From contig CAWEAL010000003.1 of the NCBI GenBank assembly GCA_963807035.1, positions 430,716 through 494,715 on the forward strand: 64,000 bases of DNA, given 5' to 3'. Of this stretch, positions 7,488 to 18,544 are shown piece by piece. The DNA comes from an uncultured Chloroflexia bacterium. GTDB lineage: Bacteria > Chloroflexota > Limnocylindria > Limnocylindrales > CSP1-4. The position numbers and the translations under genes are program-made. The notes beneath the pieces are model-generated. The model was not told where the DNA came from, did not search any database, and saw only the letters and a list, made by a program, of their open reading frames with translations. Numbering within the stretch: position 1 is the stretch's first letter; each line of letters starts with the position of its first letter.

Positions 7488-9575
7488 TCAGACGAGCCGG
7501 CGCGGGATCGTCTCGGTCCAGCTGCCCCGGTGGAACGGGCTGCCATCGAGCGTGACCTCGAGATCGACGGCCAGCTCGAAGTCCGTCCGGCTCGAGCTCA
7601 GCATGCCGTTCGCCAGGACGTCGATCGCGTGGCCGTCCTGGCGCAGCCGGTAGACCACCTCGGTCCGCATCCGGGCGTGGGCCGGATCCCGGTCCGACGC
7701 GGTCATCTCGAGGAGCTCGGACGAGAAGAGCGAGCTTCCGTCGGGCAGCACCGTCGTCTCGCCGCCGCCGGTCGTGACGGTCAGCGTGCCGGCCAGGACA
7801 TCCTCGCTGATTCGCCAGGTGGCGGGCGCCTCGGCGGACTCGGCCCCGACGTCGGGCAGGCCGGCCGGCTCGGACCGGAACGGCGGCGTCGGGCGGCCCG
7901 CCGCGGCGGGGATCGTCGGCAGGCTGAGCCGCGACGGGCCGATCCCGATCGCCAGCGCGCCGGGGCAGGGCGACGGCCAGATCACCGGCCACCAGGCCGT
8001 GGCGACCGAGACCTGGATCCGGTGGCCGGGCACGAAGCGGTAACCGATCGAGCGTAGCGGGACGGTCACCTCCTCGACCCGGCCGATCTCGAGTGCCTCG
8101 GGTCGGTCGTGTCCGTTCCGGTGGGTGAGGTTGAGGATCCCGGCCGACACCTGGGCGACCGTCCCGTCGGGCGCGACGTCGCTCAACCGCACGACGACCG
8201 TCGCGACCGTCATTCCGGCCGTGACGGCCGAGACCGCCAGGACCAGCGTCGGGCGGCCGAACAGGTCGAGCGTCTCGGTCAGGGGCGGTGTCGTCCAGGT
8301 CGGCAGGAGCGCCTCGTCCGGACGGAGGTCGCGAGCCAGCCCGTTCGGCTGCCAGCCGGCCCCCCACGACAGCGAGCCTCGGGTGCCGATCGTCGGCCGG
8401 TGGTCGAGCCGGACGCTCCCGCCCGAGCCCGCCGGCAGGCTGCCGGCCAGCGCGCCGGCCGGTCCGAGCCGGAGCTCGAGCGGCACGCCGCCGGCGACGG
8501 GCAGTCCCGCCTCGCTCCGCCAGTGGCCCGGCCAGGCGACCGGGAACGCCTCGGGCGGCGCGTACTCGCGTTCGAAGAAGGTCAGGGCCGGCTCGTCCAT
8601 CACCCCGTTGTCGACGTCCTTGAGCCAGCGGTCGAAGAAACGGACGACCTCGTGGAGCCAGTTGACGGTCGGGCCCGGGTAGGCCTCGTCGGGCAAGGCG
8701 TGGACCCAGTTGCCGATCAGCGCCCGGCGCGGGGCGTTCACGCAGCGTTCGAGCATCCGGATCGCGGAGTCGACATAGCCGTCCATCCATCCCGCGACCA
8801 GGAACGTTGGCACCGTCAGCGCCGACCACGCGGGGGCGAGCGACCCGCGCCGCCAGTATGGCCCGTCGTGCTGCCGCCGGAGCCATTCGAACAGCCAGAT
8901 CGGCGTCCGCTCGAGGCGTTCCCGCCACTCGGCCCGCCAGTCCGCTCCGCGGTAGGCCGGCCGGCCGGGCAGCGCGTTCGAGCCGACCATGCTGACCGCG
9001 TACTGGCTCAGCTCGCTGGCCGTGGCGCAGCCGCCGATGTAGTGGACGTCATCGGTGTAGCGGTCGTCCGAGGCATAGACCGGCACGATCGCCCGGAGGT
9101 GCGGCGGCCGGAGGAGGGCGACCTGGATCGCGCTGAAGCCGCCGTAGCTGATCCCCCACATCCCGACGGCGCCGTTCGACCAGGGCTGGGCCGCCAGCCA
9201 CTCGACCGCGTCGTAGCCGTCGAGCGTCTCCTGGGCGGCGTACTCGTCGACGGCGATGCCCGGGCTGCTGCCGGTCCCGCGAACGTCGAGGCGGCAGAAG
9301 GCGTAGCCGCGGGCGGCGAGCCACTGGCCCCGGGCTTCGTCGCTCGCCCAGCGCCAGTCGTCCTTGCGGTACGGGATCATCTCGAGGATCGCCGGAACGC
9401 GCCCGGCCGGAGCGTCCGACCCGGCGACCGGCAGCCAAAGGTTGGCCGACAGCTCGAGCCCGTCGCGGACCGGGATCCGGACGTCGCGCAGGACTTCGAC
9501 CCGGTGGCGCGGCTCCGATGCCGGCCGCTCACCGGGCCCCGGGCGCCGGGCCGGTTCGTGCTGGGGGCGGTCCAT
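7488..9575 (-). CDS. CocE/NonD-family hydrolase (S15 X-Pro dipeptidyl-peptidase-like alpha/beta hydrolase)
   Basis: Intact 695-aa ORF with EMIPYRKDDW, RLDVRGTGSSPG and the nucleophile elbow WGISYGG, plus a large C-terminal beta-domain. Confidence 0.85.
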   Translation of the reverse strand: MDRPQHEPARRPGPGERPASEPRHRVEVLRDVRIPVRDGLELSANLWLPVAGSDAPAGRVPAILEMIPYRKDDWRWASDEARGQWLAARGYAFCRLDVRGTGSSPGIAVDEYAAQETLDGYDAVEWLAAQPWSNGAVGMWGISYGGFSAIQVALLRPPHLRAIVPVYASDDRYTDDVHYIGGCATASELSQYAVSMVGSNALPGRPAYRGADWRAEWRERLERTPIWLFEWLRRQHDGPYWRRGSLAPAWSALTVPTFLVAGWMDGYVDSAIRMLERCVNAPRRALIGNWVHALPDEAYPGPTVNWLHEVVRFFDRWLKDVDNGVMDEPALTFFEREYAPPEAFPVAWPGHWRSEAGLPVAGGVPLELRLGPAGALAGSLPAGSGGSVRLDHRPTIGTRGSLSWGAGWQPNGLARDLRPDEALLPTWTTPPLTETLDLFGRPTLVLAVSAVTAGMTVATVVVRLSDVAPDGTVAQVSAGILNLTHRNGHDRPEALEIGRVEEVTVPLRSIGYRFVPGHRIQVSVATAWWPVIWPSPCPGALAIGIGPSRLSLPTIPAAAGRPTPPFRSEPAGLPDVGAESAEAPATWRISEDVLAGTLTVTTGGGETTVLPDGSSLFSSELLEMTASDRDPAHARMRTEVVYRLRQDGHAIDVLANGMLSSSRTDFELAVDLEVTLDGSPFHRGSWTETIPRRLV

Positions 9576-9633
9576 TGGTCGAGTCTAGCGAGCGGTCGAT
9601 CGGCCTCGCCAGCGCGACTCGCCGCCCGGGACG

Positions 9634-9639
9634 TACAAT
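9634..9639 (+). promoter_or_regulatory. -10 element TACAAT, 6 nt upstream of GTG 9646 (leaderless-type promoter)
   Basis: The sequence reads acgTACAATtcgaccGTG, in the divergent intergenic region between the CocE/NonD and NUDIX genes. Confidence 0.45.
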
Positions 9640-9645
9640 TCGACC

Positions 9646-10200
9646 GTGGCCGAGATCGATCCCGTTGCGTCGCCCTGGCGGCAGCGCTCGCGCCGGCTGG
9701 TCTACGAGAACGCCTGGGTGAGCGTCCTCCACGACGAGGTCGATCGCCCCGACGGCCGGCCGGGGGTCTACGGCGTGATCCACTTCCGGAACCATGCCGT
9801 GGCGATCGTGGCGATCGACAACCTGGACCGGGTCGCCCTCGTCGGTCAGTGGCGCTACGCGCTCGACGCGTACTCCTGGGAGCTGCCCGAAGGCGGGGTG
9901 CCGCCCGACGAGGACCCGCTGGCCGGCGCCCAGCGCGAGCTGCGCGAGGAGACCGGCCTGCAGGCGCGCGAGTGGCGGGAGATCGCCCGGGTCGCGATCT
10001 CGAACTCGGTCACCGACGAGCTGGGCACGATCTTCCTGGCGGGCGACCTGATCCCGGGCGAGGCATCGCCGGACGGCACCGAGGAGCTCCGCCTGCGCTG
10101 GGTCGCCTTCGACGACGCCCTGACCATGATTGACGACGGCCGGATCACCGACCTGCTCACGATCGCGGCCCTCGAGCGCGTCGGCCGGCTGCGCCGATGA
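9646..10200 (+). CDS. NUDIX hydrolase (ADP-ribose pyrophosphatase-like)
   Basis: 184-aa ORF. The Nudix box is GGVPPDEDPLAGAQRELREETGL. An ATGA overlap joins it to the next gene. Confidence 0.85.
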   Translation: MAEIDPVASPWRQRSRRLVYENAWVSVLHDEVDRPDGRPGVYGVIHFRNHAVAIVAIDNLDRVALVGQWRYALDAYSWELPEGGVPPDEDPLAGAQRELREETGLQAREWREIARVAISNSVTDELGTIFLAGDLIPGEASPDGTEELRLRWVAFDDALTMIDDGRITDLLTIAALERVGRLRR

Positions 10201-10871
10201 CCGCCACCCTCCACGTCCTGCGGGTCTTCGTCAATTCGCGCGCTGAGCACGGCAACGCGCTCGGCGTCTTCCTCGACGGGAGCGCGATCCCGGGCAGCGC
10301 CCGGCAGGTGGTCGCCGCCGAGCTCGGATTCAGCGAGACGGTCTTCGTCGAAGATGCCCGGATCGGCCGGCTCCGGATCTTCACCCCGGCCTCCGAGCTC
10401 GCGTTCGCCGGGCACCCGGCCGTGGGGACGGCCTGGCTGCTGGCCGAGGTCGGCATGCCGGTCGCCGAGCTGCGGGTGCCGGCCGGGATCGTGCCGACCT
10501 GGACCGAGGGCGACCGCCGCTGGGTGCGGGCTCGCCCGGAGTGGATCCATCCGATCACCCTGGCGGAGCTGGCCGATCCGGCGGCGGTCGAGGCACTCGA
10601 CGGTCCACCCGCGGGCGAGCGCTCGTGGTACGCCTGGGCCTGGCAGGACCGCCCGGTGGGCGCGATCCGCAGCCGCTACTTCGCGCCGGCCGTCGGGATC
10701 GGCGAGGACGAGGCGACGGGCGCGGCCGCGGTGCTGATCACGAGCGAGCTCGGCCGGGATCTCGAGATCCACCAGGGCCGCGGCTCGCGCCTGTCGACCC
10801 GGCTCGGCCGCGACGGATCGGTCGAGCTCGGCGGACGGGTCGTCCTCGACGAGACGCGCCGCCATGGCTGA
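10197..10871 (+). CDS. PhzF-family isomerase-like protein
   Basis: 224-aa ORF with GNALGVF, ELGFSETVFV, RIFTPASELAFAGHPAVGTAWLL and later GIGEDEATGAAA. These are the PhzF/diaminopimelate-epimerase-fold motifs. Confidence 0.75.
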   Translation: MTATLHVLRVFVNSRAEHGNALGVFLDGSAIPGSARQVVAAELGFSETVFVEDARIGRLRIFTPASELAFAGHPAVGTAWLLAEVGMPVAELRVPAGIVPTWTEGDRRWVRARPEWIHPITLAELADPAAVEALDGPPAGERSWYAWAWQDRPVGAIRSRYFAPAVGIGEDEATGAAAVLITSELGRDLEIHQGRGSRLSTRLGRDGSVELGGRVVLDETRRHG

Positions 10872-12050
10872 CCGGCTCCGCCGCGAGTACGCGGTGGCGG
10901 TCATCGGCCTCGGCGGCATCGGCAGCGGCGCGGCGTACTGGCTCAGCCGGCGCCTCGGCCCGGACGTGCTCGGCCTTGAGCAGTTCGAGCTCGGCCACGC
11001 GAACGGCGCCAGCCAGGACCATTCCCGGATCATCCGCCTGTCCTACCACCGGCCGGACTACGTCCGGCTGGCCAAGCGCGCCTATGAGACGTGGAGCGAG
11101 GTCGAGGCCGAGGCGGGGGTCAGATTGGTGATGACGACCGGCGGCCTCGACCTGTGGCCGGCCGGCGCGACGATCCCGATGGTGGACTACGTGGCGAGCC
11201 TGTCCGCCGAGTCGGTTCCGTTCGAGACTCTCGACGCGGCCGAGACGATGCGTCGCTGGCCGCAATGGCGCCTGGCCGACGACACGGTGGCGCTCTTCCA
11301 GGCGGCCGGCGGCCTGGCCGATCCGAATCGGGCGAACGCGGCCCACCAGCGCCTCGCGCGGGGGCACGGCGCGACCCTTCTCGAGGGAACGCCGGTCACC
11401 GGCCTGCGCGACGTTGCCGGCGAGGTCGAGCTGACGACGGTGAGCGGCGGGACGTTCCGGGCCGGCCGGGTGATCCTCGCCGCCGATGCCTGGACGAACG
11501 AACTGCTCGCCTCATTCGACCGGCGGCTGCCGCTGACGATCACCCAGGAGCAGGTCACCTACTTCGGCTGCCCCCGCCCGGAGGACTTCGCCCCGGACCG
11601 CTTCCCGGTCTGGATCTGGATGGACGAGCCCTCGTTCTACGGCTTCCCGACCTACGGCGAGCCCGGTCCGAAGGCGGCCCAGGATGTCGGCGGCCGGCCG
11701 ACCACGGCCCGCGACCGGACGTTCGAGCCCGACCGGACGCCGGTGCCCGCCTCGACGCGTTCATGGCGCCGCCACCTGCCGGGCGCATCGGACCCGAGCT
11801 GTACACGAAGACCTGCCTCTACACGATGCCGCCCGACCGCGACTTCGTCGATCGACCGCGCTGCCCGGCCACCCGGACGTCTTCGTCGCCCTGGGGGCCG
11901 CGCATGGCTTCAAGTTCGCTTCGGTGATCGGCCGAATCCTGGCCGAGCTCGTGGTCGACGGCGTCACACCGTCGGCGGCCGATCGAGCGCTTCCGGATCG
12001 ACCGTCCGATCCTGCTCGAGGCCGACCCGCCGACCAGCTTCATGATCTGA
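10864..12050 (+). CDS. monomeric sarcosine oxidase / N-methyl-amino-acid oxidase family FAD enzyme (3' ~300 nt frameshifted at least 3 times)
   Basis: The N-terminus has YAVAVIGLGGIGSGAAYWLS (GxGxxG), ASQDHSRIIRLSY and the family-typical PxFYGFP. The tail continues in other frames (GRIGPELYTKTCLYTMPPDRDFV, LPGHPDVFVALGAAHGFKFASVIGRILAELV, FRIDRPILLEADPPTSFMI*). Confidence 0.75.
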
Positions 12051-12193
12051 TCTTCAGGCGTCCCACCCGGCGGAACGGGGGTGCGCCACGCGGTCTTGTC
12101 TTGCGCACCGTAGCGTCGGTGTGCAAACCTGCCGAAGCGTCGCGGCCCGCGTCTGCGGAGGACGCTGGGACCGCGCGGAGGAGGACCTACCCG

Positions 12194-14103
12194 ATGCGAT
12201 CGCCCCTGCGCGAGCGGCTCGCCCGCACGCTGCTGCCTTCTGCCTGGCCCTGGCCGCCCTCGTGCCGGCGGCATCGGTCCGGGCGGCCGACCTGCTCATC
12301 CTGCGCGTCGGGACGGTCGAGGACCTCGATTCGCTCAACCCGTTCGAGACGGCCCTGAACGTGGGCTACGAGGTCTTCACCCTGAACTACGACCTGCTGG
12401 TCAACTTCGGCCAGGACAACGAACCCGTTCCGGGCTTCGCCGACAAGTGGACCAATCTGCCGACCAGCTGACGTGGACCTTCCACATCCGGGACGGGATG
12501 AAGTGGTCGGACGGCCAGCCGGCGACGAGCGCGGACGTCGTCTACACCTTCCAGATCGAGCTCGACGGCCGAAGAACGACGGGGTACGTGGGTCTCGGCT
12601 ACCTCGATCCGTACCTCAAGGACCGTCGTGACCGGTGTCAGCGCGCCGGATCCTTAGACGGTCGTCGATCACGACCTCGCGGCCGACCAGCCAGCTCCTG
12701 TCGACCTACGTCCCGATCCTGCCCAAGCACATCTGGAAGAACGTCACCCCGGCCAACGTCGGGCGACTATCGCGAACGACCCGCCGATCGTCGGGACCGG
12801 CCCGTACCAGGCCGTCGAGTGGAAGACCGGCCAGTACGTCCGCCTCGTCCGCAATCCCTACTACTGGGGCAAGCAGGGCGCCGCGGACGAGATCGTCATC
12901 CAGTTCTTCCCGAACGCCCCGGACACGATGGTCGCCGCCTTCAAGAACGGTGAGCTCGACTACATCCGCAGCCCGAGTGCCGAGGCAGTTCGACCAGCTC
13001 AAGACCGCCCCGAACACGACGACCCTGGCGACCGAGGGCAACGGCTTCACCGAGCTCGGCTTCAACACCTACACAGCAGGGTGGCGGTGCCTCGACCACG
13101 GCCCTCCAGGATCCGGCCTTCCGGGACGCCCTCGGCTACGCGATCGACAAGCCGATCCTCGCCAGAAGGTCCTCCATGGCTACGGCACGCCGGGCACGAC
13201 CCAGGTCCCGCCCTGGGAGCGCAACTGGCACATCGAGCCCGAACGACGTCCGCCAGTTCGACATCGTCCGGCCAACCAGAAGCTCGATGCCGCGGCTACC
13301 CGCGCGGATCCGACGGGAACCGGGTCGACAAGGAGGGCAAGGCGATCAACCTCCGCCTGTACACCCCGAACACCGATCCGAGCTACGCCAAGGACGCCCA
13401 GTTCATCCAGGGCTGGTTCGAGCAGCTCGGGATCAAGGTCAGCGCCCAGGTCCTCGACGAGGGCACCCTCGTGACCGACGAGGCCCTCGACACGACGAAG
13501 CCGGCCAAGGGCCAGCTCGACTACGACATGTTCATCTGGGGCTGGGTCGGGGATCCTGATCCCAACGCCCTGCTCCAGATCCTGCTCACGACCTCGATCG
13601 GCAGCACGAGCGACAGCCAGTGGTCGAACCCCCAGTACGACCAGCTCTACGACCAGCAGAACCAGGCCGCGACCGACGCCGAGCGGAAGACCTACATGGA
13701 CCAGATGCAGCAGCTCTTCTACGACCAGGCGCCGTACGACATCCTCTACTACGACAACGACCTCGACGTCTACCACACCGACAAGTTCAGCAACTGGCAG
13801 AACCAGCCGGTCGAGGGCGGCTCGCCGTTCTTCGTCGACGGCTCGATCAACTACACCCTGCTGGCCGACGCGACGAAGGCCACACCGGCCCCCAGTCCCA
13901 CGGTCAATGCCGGGCCGACGGCCGGCAGCAGCGCTCCGGCGGCCAGCGTCGCGCCCGCGCCCAGCCCCGTCCCGACCACGAACACGAGCAGCAGCGGCAG
14001 TCCGCTGCCGCTGATCGTCGGGATCATCGCGATCGCCGCCCTGCTCATCGTCGTCCGGCTGATGACCCAGCGCCGGCGGACGACCACGGACGACGACGAG
14101 TGA
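12194..14103 (+). pseudogene. ABC transporter substrate-binding protein, family 5 (peptide/nickel type); many frameshifts in the first ~1.1 kb, probably assembly indels
   Basis: GGAGGAGG lies upstream of ATG 12194. A signal-peptide-like CLALAALVPAASVRA is followed by LRVGTVEDLDSLNPFE, LTWTFHIRDGMKWSDGQPATSADVVYTF, PILPKHIWK, YQAVEWKTGQYVRLVRNPYYWG and an intact C-terminal ~270 aa (DKEGKAINLRLYTPNTDPSYAKDAQFIQGWFEQLGIKV...). Confidence 0.75.
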
Positions 14104-14186
14104 TCGACGCCCCGGCGGAGCCCCCCGCCCGGCGGCTGGAGGCGCTTCGCCCCGGCGCGAGCGGCTGACCCGGGTCCCGTAGCGCG

Positions 14187-15161
14187 ATGGGCAGCCGCTA
14201 CCTCATCAGGAAGACGATCGGCGCGCTGTTCACGATCCTGCTGATCGTGATCCTCAACTTCGTCCTGTTCCGGATGATGCCCGGTTCGCCCGACCGGATC
14301 CTGCTGCGCAACCCGAACGTCACCGCCGCCGCCCGCGATGCCGCCCTCGAGCGATGGGGCCTCGACAAGCCCCTGATCCCCGACCAGCTCGTCGACTACC
14401 TCGAGGCGACCGCGACCGGTGACCTCGGCTATTCGTTCAAGTTCCACGGTGACTCGGTGACCGACGTCCTGGCCAGCCGGCTGTGGCCGACCGTGATCCT
14501 GTTCGGGCTGGGCGAGATCCTGGCGATCGTCTTCGGCCTCGCCCTGGGCGCCTACTCGGGCTGGAAGCGCGGCGGCCCGGTCGACTACATCGGCAACGGG
14601 ATCTCGCTCGTCCTGTACTCGATGCCCTACTTCGTGATCGGGATCTTCATCCTCGGGATCTTCGCCATCGGCCTCCACTGGTTCCCGACGAGCGGGATGC
14701 TCACGATCGGGGCGGCCAACCAGTCGTTCACCAGCCAGGTCGTCGACTTCCTGGGCCATCTGGCCCTGCCGGTGACGACCGTCGCGATCGGCCTGATCGG
14801 CCAGTACTCGATCCTGATGCGCTCGTCGGTGATCGAGACCCTCGGCGAGGACTACATCACGACCGCCCGGGCCAAGGGACTCACCTCGGGCCGGATCCTG
14901 CGCTCGCACGCCCTGCCCAATGCCCTCCTGCCGGCGGTCACGCTCATCGCGATCAACCTCGGCTACGTGATCGCCGGCGCGATCACGGTCGAGGTCGTGT
15001 TCAACTGGCCGGGCCTGGGCACGCTCACCGTCGACGCCCTCGAGGCCCGCGACTACCCGGTCCTGCAGGGGATCTTCCTGCTCCTGAGCGTCTCGGTCGT
15101 CCTGGCCAACTTCGTGGCCGACCTGATCTACGGGCGGCTCGATCCGCGGGTGCGGGCGTGA
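14187..15161 (+). CDS. ABC transporter permease (DppB/OppB type)
   Basis: Intact 324-aa ORF. It opens YLIRKTIGALFTILLIVILNFVLFRMMPGSP, has multiple TM helices, and ends with the EAA-loop region TARAKGL. Confidence 0.9.
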   Translation: MGSRYLIRKTIGALFTILLIVILNFVLFRMMPGSPDRILLRNPNVTAAARDAALERWGLDKPLIPDQLVDYLEATATGDLGYSFKFHGDSVTDVLASRLWPTVILFGLGEILAIVFGLALGAYSGWKRGGPVDYIGNGISLVLYSMPYFVIGIFILGIFAIGLHWFPTSGMLTIGAANQSFTSQVVDFLGHLALPVTTVAIGLIGQYSILMRSSVIETLGEDYITTARAKGLTSGRILRSHALPNALLPAVTLIAINLGYVIAGAITVEVVFNWPGLGTLTVDALEARDYPVLQGIFLLLSVSVVLANFVADLIYGRLDPRVRA

Positions 15162-16109
15162 CCGACGAAGCGCTGCCCGAGGCCACGATCCGGAACGAGC
15201 GGCTGCGCCTCCGGCTCCAGGCGATCCGGTCGTTTGCCCGGCGCTTCGCCGCCCGTCCGGACGGGGTGATCGGGGTGATCGTCCTGCTCGTGTTCGTCGT
15301 CCTCGCGATCGCCCCGAGCCTGTTCGTCGGCGACCTCCAGACCGTGACGACCGCGACCGGCACGTCGCTCGAGCCGCCCAGCGCCGCCCACCTGCTCGGG
15401 ACCGACGAGCTCGGCCGGGACATCCTCAACCTGACCGTCCACGGCACCCGGATCTCGATGGTGATCGGGCTGCTCGCGACGGTCGTCACGATCCTGCTCG
15501 GCGCCCTGATCGGGATCGTGTCGGGCTACATCGGTGGCCGGACCGACACGTTCCTGATGCGGGTGACTGACTTCTTCCTGGTCCTGCCGACGTTCGTGCT
15601 GGCCCTGATCCTCGCGCCGATCATCCTCGACCTGGTCGGGGCCGGCAGCACCGTCTTCGGGATCCGGGTCACCCTCCTCGTGATCATCTTCGTGATCGGG
15701 ATCACGAGCTGGGCGTCGACCGCCCGGATCATCCGGTCGCAGACGCTATCGATCAAGGAGCGCGCCTTCGTCGGGCGAGCCCGGGTGATCGGCTCGGGCG
15801 CCGGGCACATCATGTGGCGGCACATCCTGCCCAACGTGACTGAGCCTGATCGTGGCCAACACGGTCCTCGTCTTCGGCGGCTCGATCCTGACCGAGACGA
15901 CCCTGTCGTTCATCGGCCTGGGCGATCCCTTCGCACCGTCCTGGGGGCAGGTCCTCAACGCCGCCGAGTCGGCCGGCGCCATGGGCCTCGGGGCGTGGTG
16001 GTACGTCGTCCCGCCGTCCGTCTGCATCGTCCTCGTCGTCCTGTCGTTCACCCTGGTCGGCTCGGCCCTCGACGACGTCCTGAACCCGCGCCTGAGGATC
16101 CGCCGGTGA
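15158..16109 (+). CDS. ABC transporter permease (DppC/OppC type), one frameshift near 15839
   Basis: GTG 15158 overlaps the oppB-like stop (GTGA). The motif is HLLGTDELGRDIL. After HILPNV the frame shifts by what looks like one extra base into ORF 15852-16109 (ANTVLVFGGSILTETTLSFIGLG). Confidence 0.8.
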
Positions 16110-17423
16110 GCGGGCCGCGGGCGCCCGGGCCGGCGGACCCCCCCGACGAGGCCGCCGAAACCGAGGCGCTGGTGGTGCGGGCGGCGGCGCTCGACGCGCA
16201 GACGCTGATCCGGGGCCGTCGCCAGTGGCCGCTGCCGAGGCAGGCCGACCCGAATGCCCCGCTCCTCGTGGTCGAGCACCTGACCACCCGGTTCAAGATG
16301 GCCGGCGGCTCGATCAAGGCGGTCGACGACGTGAGCTTCCGGCTGAACGACGGCGAGGCTCTCGGGATCGCCGGCGAGTCCGGCTGCGGCAAGACGACCA
16401 CCGCCCTGTCGCTCGTCCGGCTCCTGCCGGGCAACGGCCGGATCGGCAAGGACAGCAGCGTCAAGCTGTTCGGGATCGACCTCGCCAGGAAGTCCGAGGA
16501 CGCCCTGCGGCGCTATCGCTGGCGGGAGATCTCGATCGTCTTCCAGGGCGCGATGAACGCCCTCAACCCGGTCCGACGGGTCGGCGAGCAGATCGCCGAG
16601 CCGGTCGAGTTGCGGCTCAAGGTCGACCGGGCCGACGCCCTCAGGCGGGCGGGCGAGCTGCTCGAGCTGGTCGGCATTCCCGCCCGACGTGGCCAGGCCT
16701 ACCCGCACGAGCTGTCGGGCGGGATGCGCCAGCGGGCGATGATCGCGATGGCCCTCGCCTGCGACCCGGCGGTCGTGATCGGCGACGAGCCGACGACGGC
16801 CCTCGACGTGATGGTCCAGGCCCAGATCCTCGAGCTCCTTGAACGGCTCCGGCGGGAGCTCGGCCTGTCCCTGATCCTGATCACCCACGACCTGTCGGTG
16901 ATCGCCGAGACGTGCGACCGGGTGATGATCATGTACGCGGGCAAGGTGGCCGAGGAGGGCGCCGGTCAGCGTCGTCTTCCGGACGCCGCGCCACCCGTAC
17001 ACCCAGAAGCTGATCGGCTCCTTCCCGAATATCCACGCCGACCGGCGCACCCTCGACGTGATCCCTGGCTCGCCGCCCGATCTGCGCGAGCCGCCGCCGG
17101 GCTGCCGCTTCCATCCGCGCTGCCCGTTCGCGATGGCGGTCTGCTCGGTCGAGGTGCCGCCCGAGGTGACCTTCGCCGACGGGGTCCGGGTCGCCTGCCA
17201 CCTCTACCCGCCGGGCAGCGACGGCGTGCCGATCACGAGCCCGACGAAGGACGCCCTCGTCCAGGCCGCGGTCGCGCCAGGACGTGGGCTCGGCGCTGGC
17301 GTCTTCAGCGACCGCGAGGTCCTCCTGGACGAGCTCGAGGAAGGGATCGAGCCGGCCTCCGAGCACACGCTCAGTCCGGGCCACGGTCTGACCGCCGACC
17401 ACTCGATGGACGACATCCAATGA
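16106..17423 (+). CDS. ABC transporter ATP-binding protein (OppD/DppD type), one frameshift near 16961
   Basis: GTG 16106 overlaps the previous stop. Walker A is GESGCGKTT, the signature is LSGGMRQR, and Walker B is VVIGDEPTTALD. After AEEG the frame shifts into HPYTQKLIGSFP...PPGCRFHPRCPFA (ORF 17058-17423). Confidence 0.8.
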
Positions 17424-18544
17424 CCGAGCTGCTCCGGCTGACAAGCCTGCAGGTCCACTTCCCGATCCGGGGCGGAGTCCTCGACGCGCTCCGCCGCCGC
17501 CCGATCGGCTACGTCCGGGCGGTCGACGGGATCGACCTGGCGATCAACAAGGGCGAGGTCCTGGCCCTTGTCGGAGAGTCGGGCTCGGGCAAGACCACCA
17601 CCGGCCGGGTGATCGTCAAGCTCACCCGCCAGACCGGCGGGCAGGTGATCTTCGACGGCCAGGACGTCAGCGACCGCTGGGGCGTGTCGAGGCTGCGCGA
17701 GTATCGACGGCGGGTCCAGATCATCTTCCAGGACCCGTACGAGACGCTGAATCCGAAGCAGACGATCCACGACTTCGTGTCCGAGCCGCTCGAGGTCAAC
17801 CACCTGGTGAAGTCGAATGCCGAGAAGGAAGCTCGGGTCGCCGCCGCGCTCGAGAGCGCCGGCCTGCGGCCGGCGCGCGAATTCGCCTTCCGCTTCCCGC
17901 ACGAGCTGTCCGGGGGGCAGCGCCAGCGGGTCGTCATCGCCGGGGCGCTCGTGATGAACCCCGAGCTGGTCGTTGCGGACGAACCGGTGTCGATGCTCGA
18001 CGTGTCGATCCGGACCGAGCTGCTCCGGCTGATGCTCGACCTCCGGCGCGACTTCGGGCTGACCTACCTGTTCATCACCCACGACCTGTCGCTGGCCTGG
18101 GTGATCGCCGACCGGATCGCGGTGATGTACCTGGGCAAGATCCTGGAGATCGGACCGGCCGAGGCGGTGATTCGCGCTCCTCGCAACCCGTACACGAAGG
18201 CGCTCGTGAGCGTCTCGCCGACGCCCGAGCCGGCCGACGCGGCAACCCGGGCGCAGCGCTACATCCTCCAGGGCGAGACCCCCGACGCGGCCCACGTCCC
18301 GAGCGGCTGCCGGTTCCACCCGCGCTGCCCGCTGGCGTTCGACCGGTGCAAGGTCGACGAGCCGCCACTGTTCGATGTCGGCGGCGGGCAGCAGGCGGCC
18401 TGCTGGCTGGCCGAGGGCGGCCGGGAGCTGCCGCCGTTCCCGGTGCGGCCGGGATCGCTGGCGCTGCCGGTGGTGCCGTACGCGTTGCCCATGCCGGCGT
18501 CATCGACCGAGCCGCCTGCTCCAGGCCCGGCGGCTCCGACGTGA
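17420..18544 (+). CDS. ABC transporter ATP-binding protein (OppF/DppF type)
   Basis: ATG 17420 overlaps the previous stop (ATGA). Walker A is GESGSGKTT, the signature is LSGGQRQR, and Walker B is LVVADEPVSMLD. The C-terminal region has PSGCRFHPRCP plus a Pro-rich tail. Confidence 0.9.
   Translation: MTELLRLTSLQVHFPIRGGVLDALRRRPIGYVRAVDGIDLAINKGEVLALVGESGSGKTTTGRVIVKLTRQTGGQVIFDGQDVSDRWGVSRLREYRRRVQIIFQDPYETLNPKQTIHDFVSEPLEVNHLVKSNAEKEARVAAALESAGLRPAREFAFRFPHELSGGQRQRVVIAGALVMNPELVVADEPVSMLDVSIRTELLRLMLDLRRDFGLTYLFITHDLSLAWVIADRIAVMYLGKILEIGPAEAVIRAPRNPYTKALVSVSPTPEPADAATRAQRYILQGETPDAAHVPSGCRFHPRCPLAFDRCKVDEPPLFDVGGGQQAACWLAEGGRELPPFPVRPGSLALPVVPYALPMPASSTEPPAPGPAAPT

Noticed and set aside
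7375-10133. Large ORFs 7375-8928 (-), 8109-10133 (+) and 9855-11033 (-), which overlap the CocE/NonD, NUDIX and PhzF genes.
   Set aside because: They have Arg/Pro/Gly-rich composition and no recognisable domains. The competing frames contain clear catalytic motifs (GISYGG, the Nudix box, PhzF motifs).
14483-18544. A single 1353-aa ORF that looks like a giant fusion protein.
   Set aside because: It is one frame running through the second permease gene and both ATPase genes (the first ~220 codons are a non-coding shadow frame inside oppB). Their stops lie in overlapping GTGA/ATGA junctions and two frameshifts intervene. The recognisable permease and ATPase segments alternate with junk translation.
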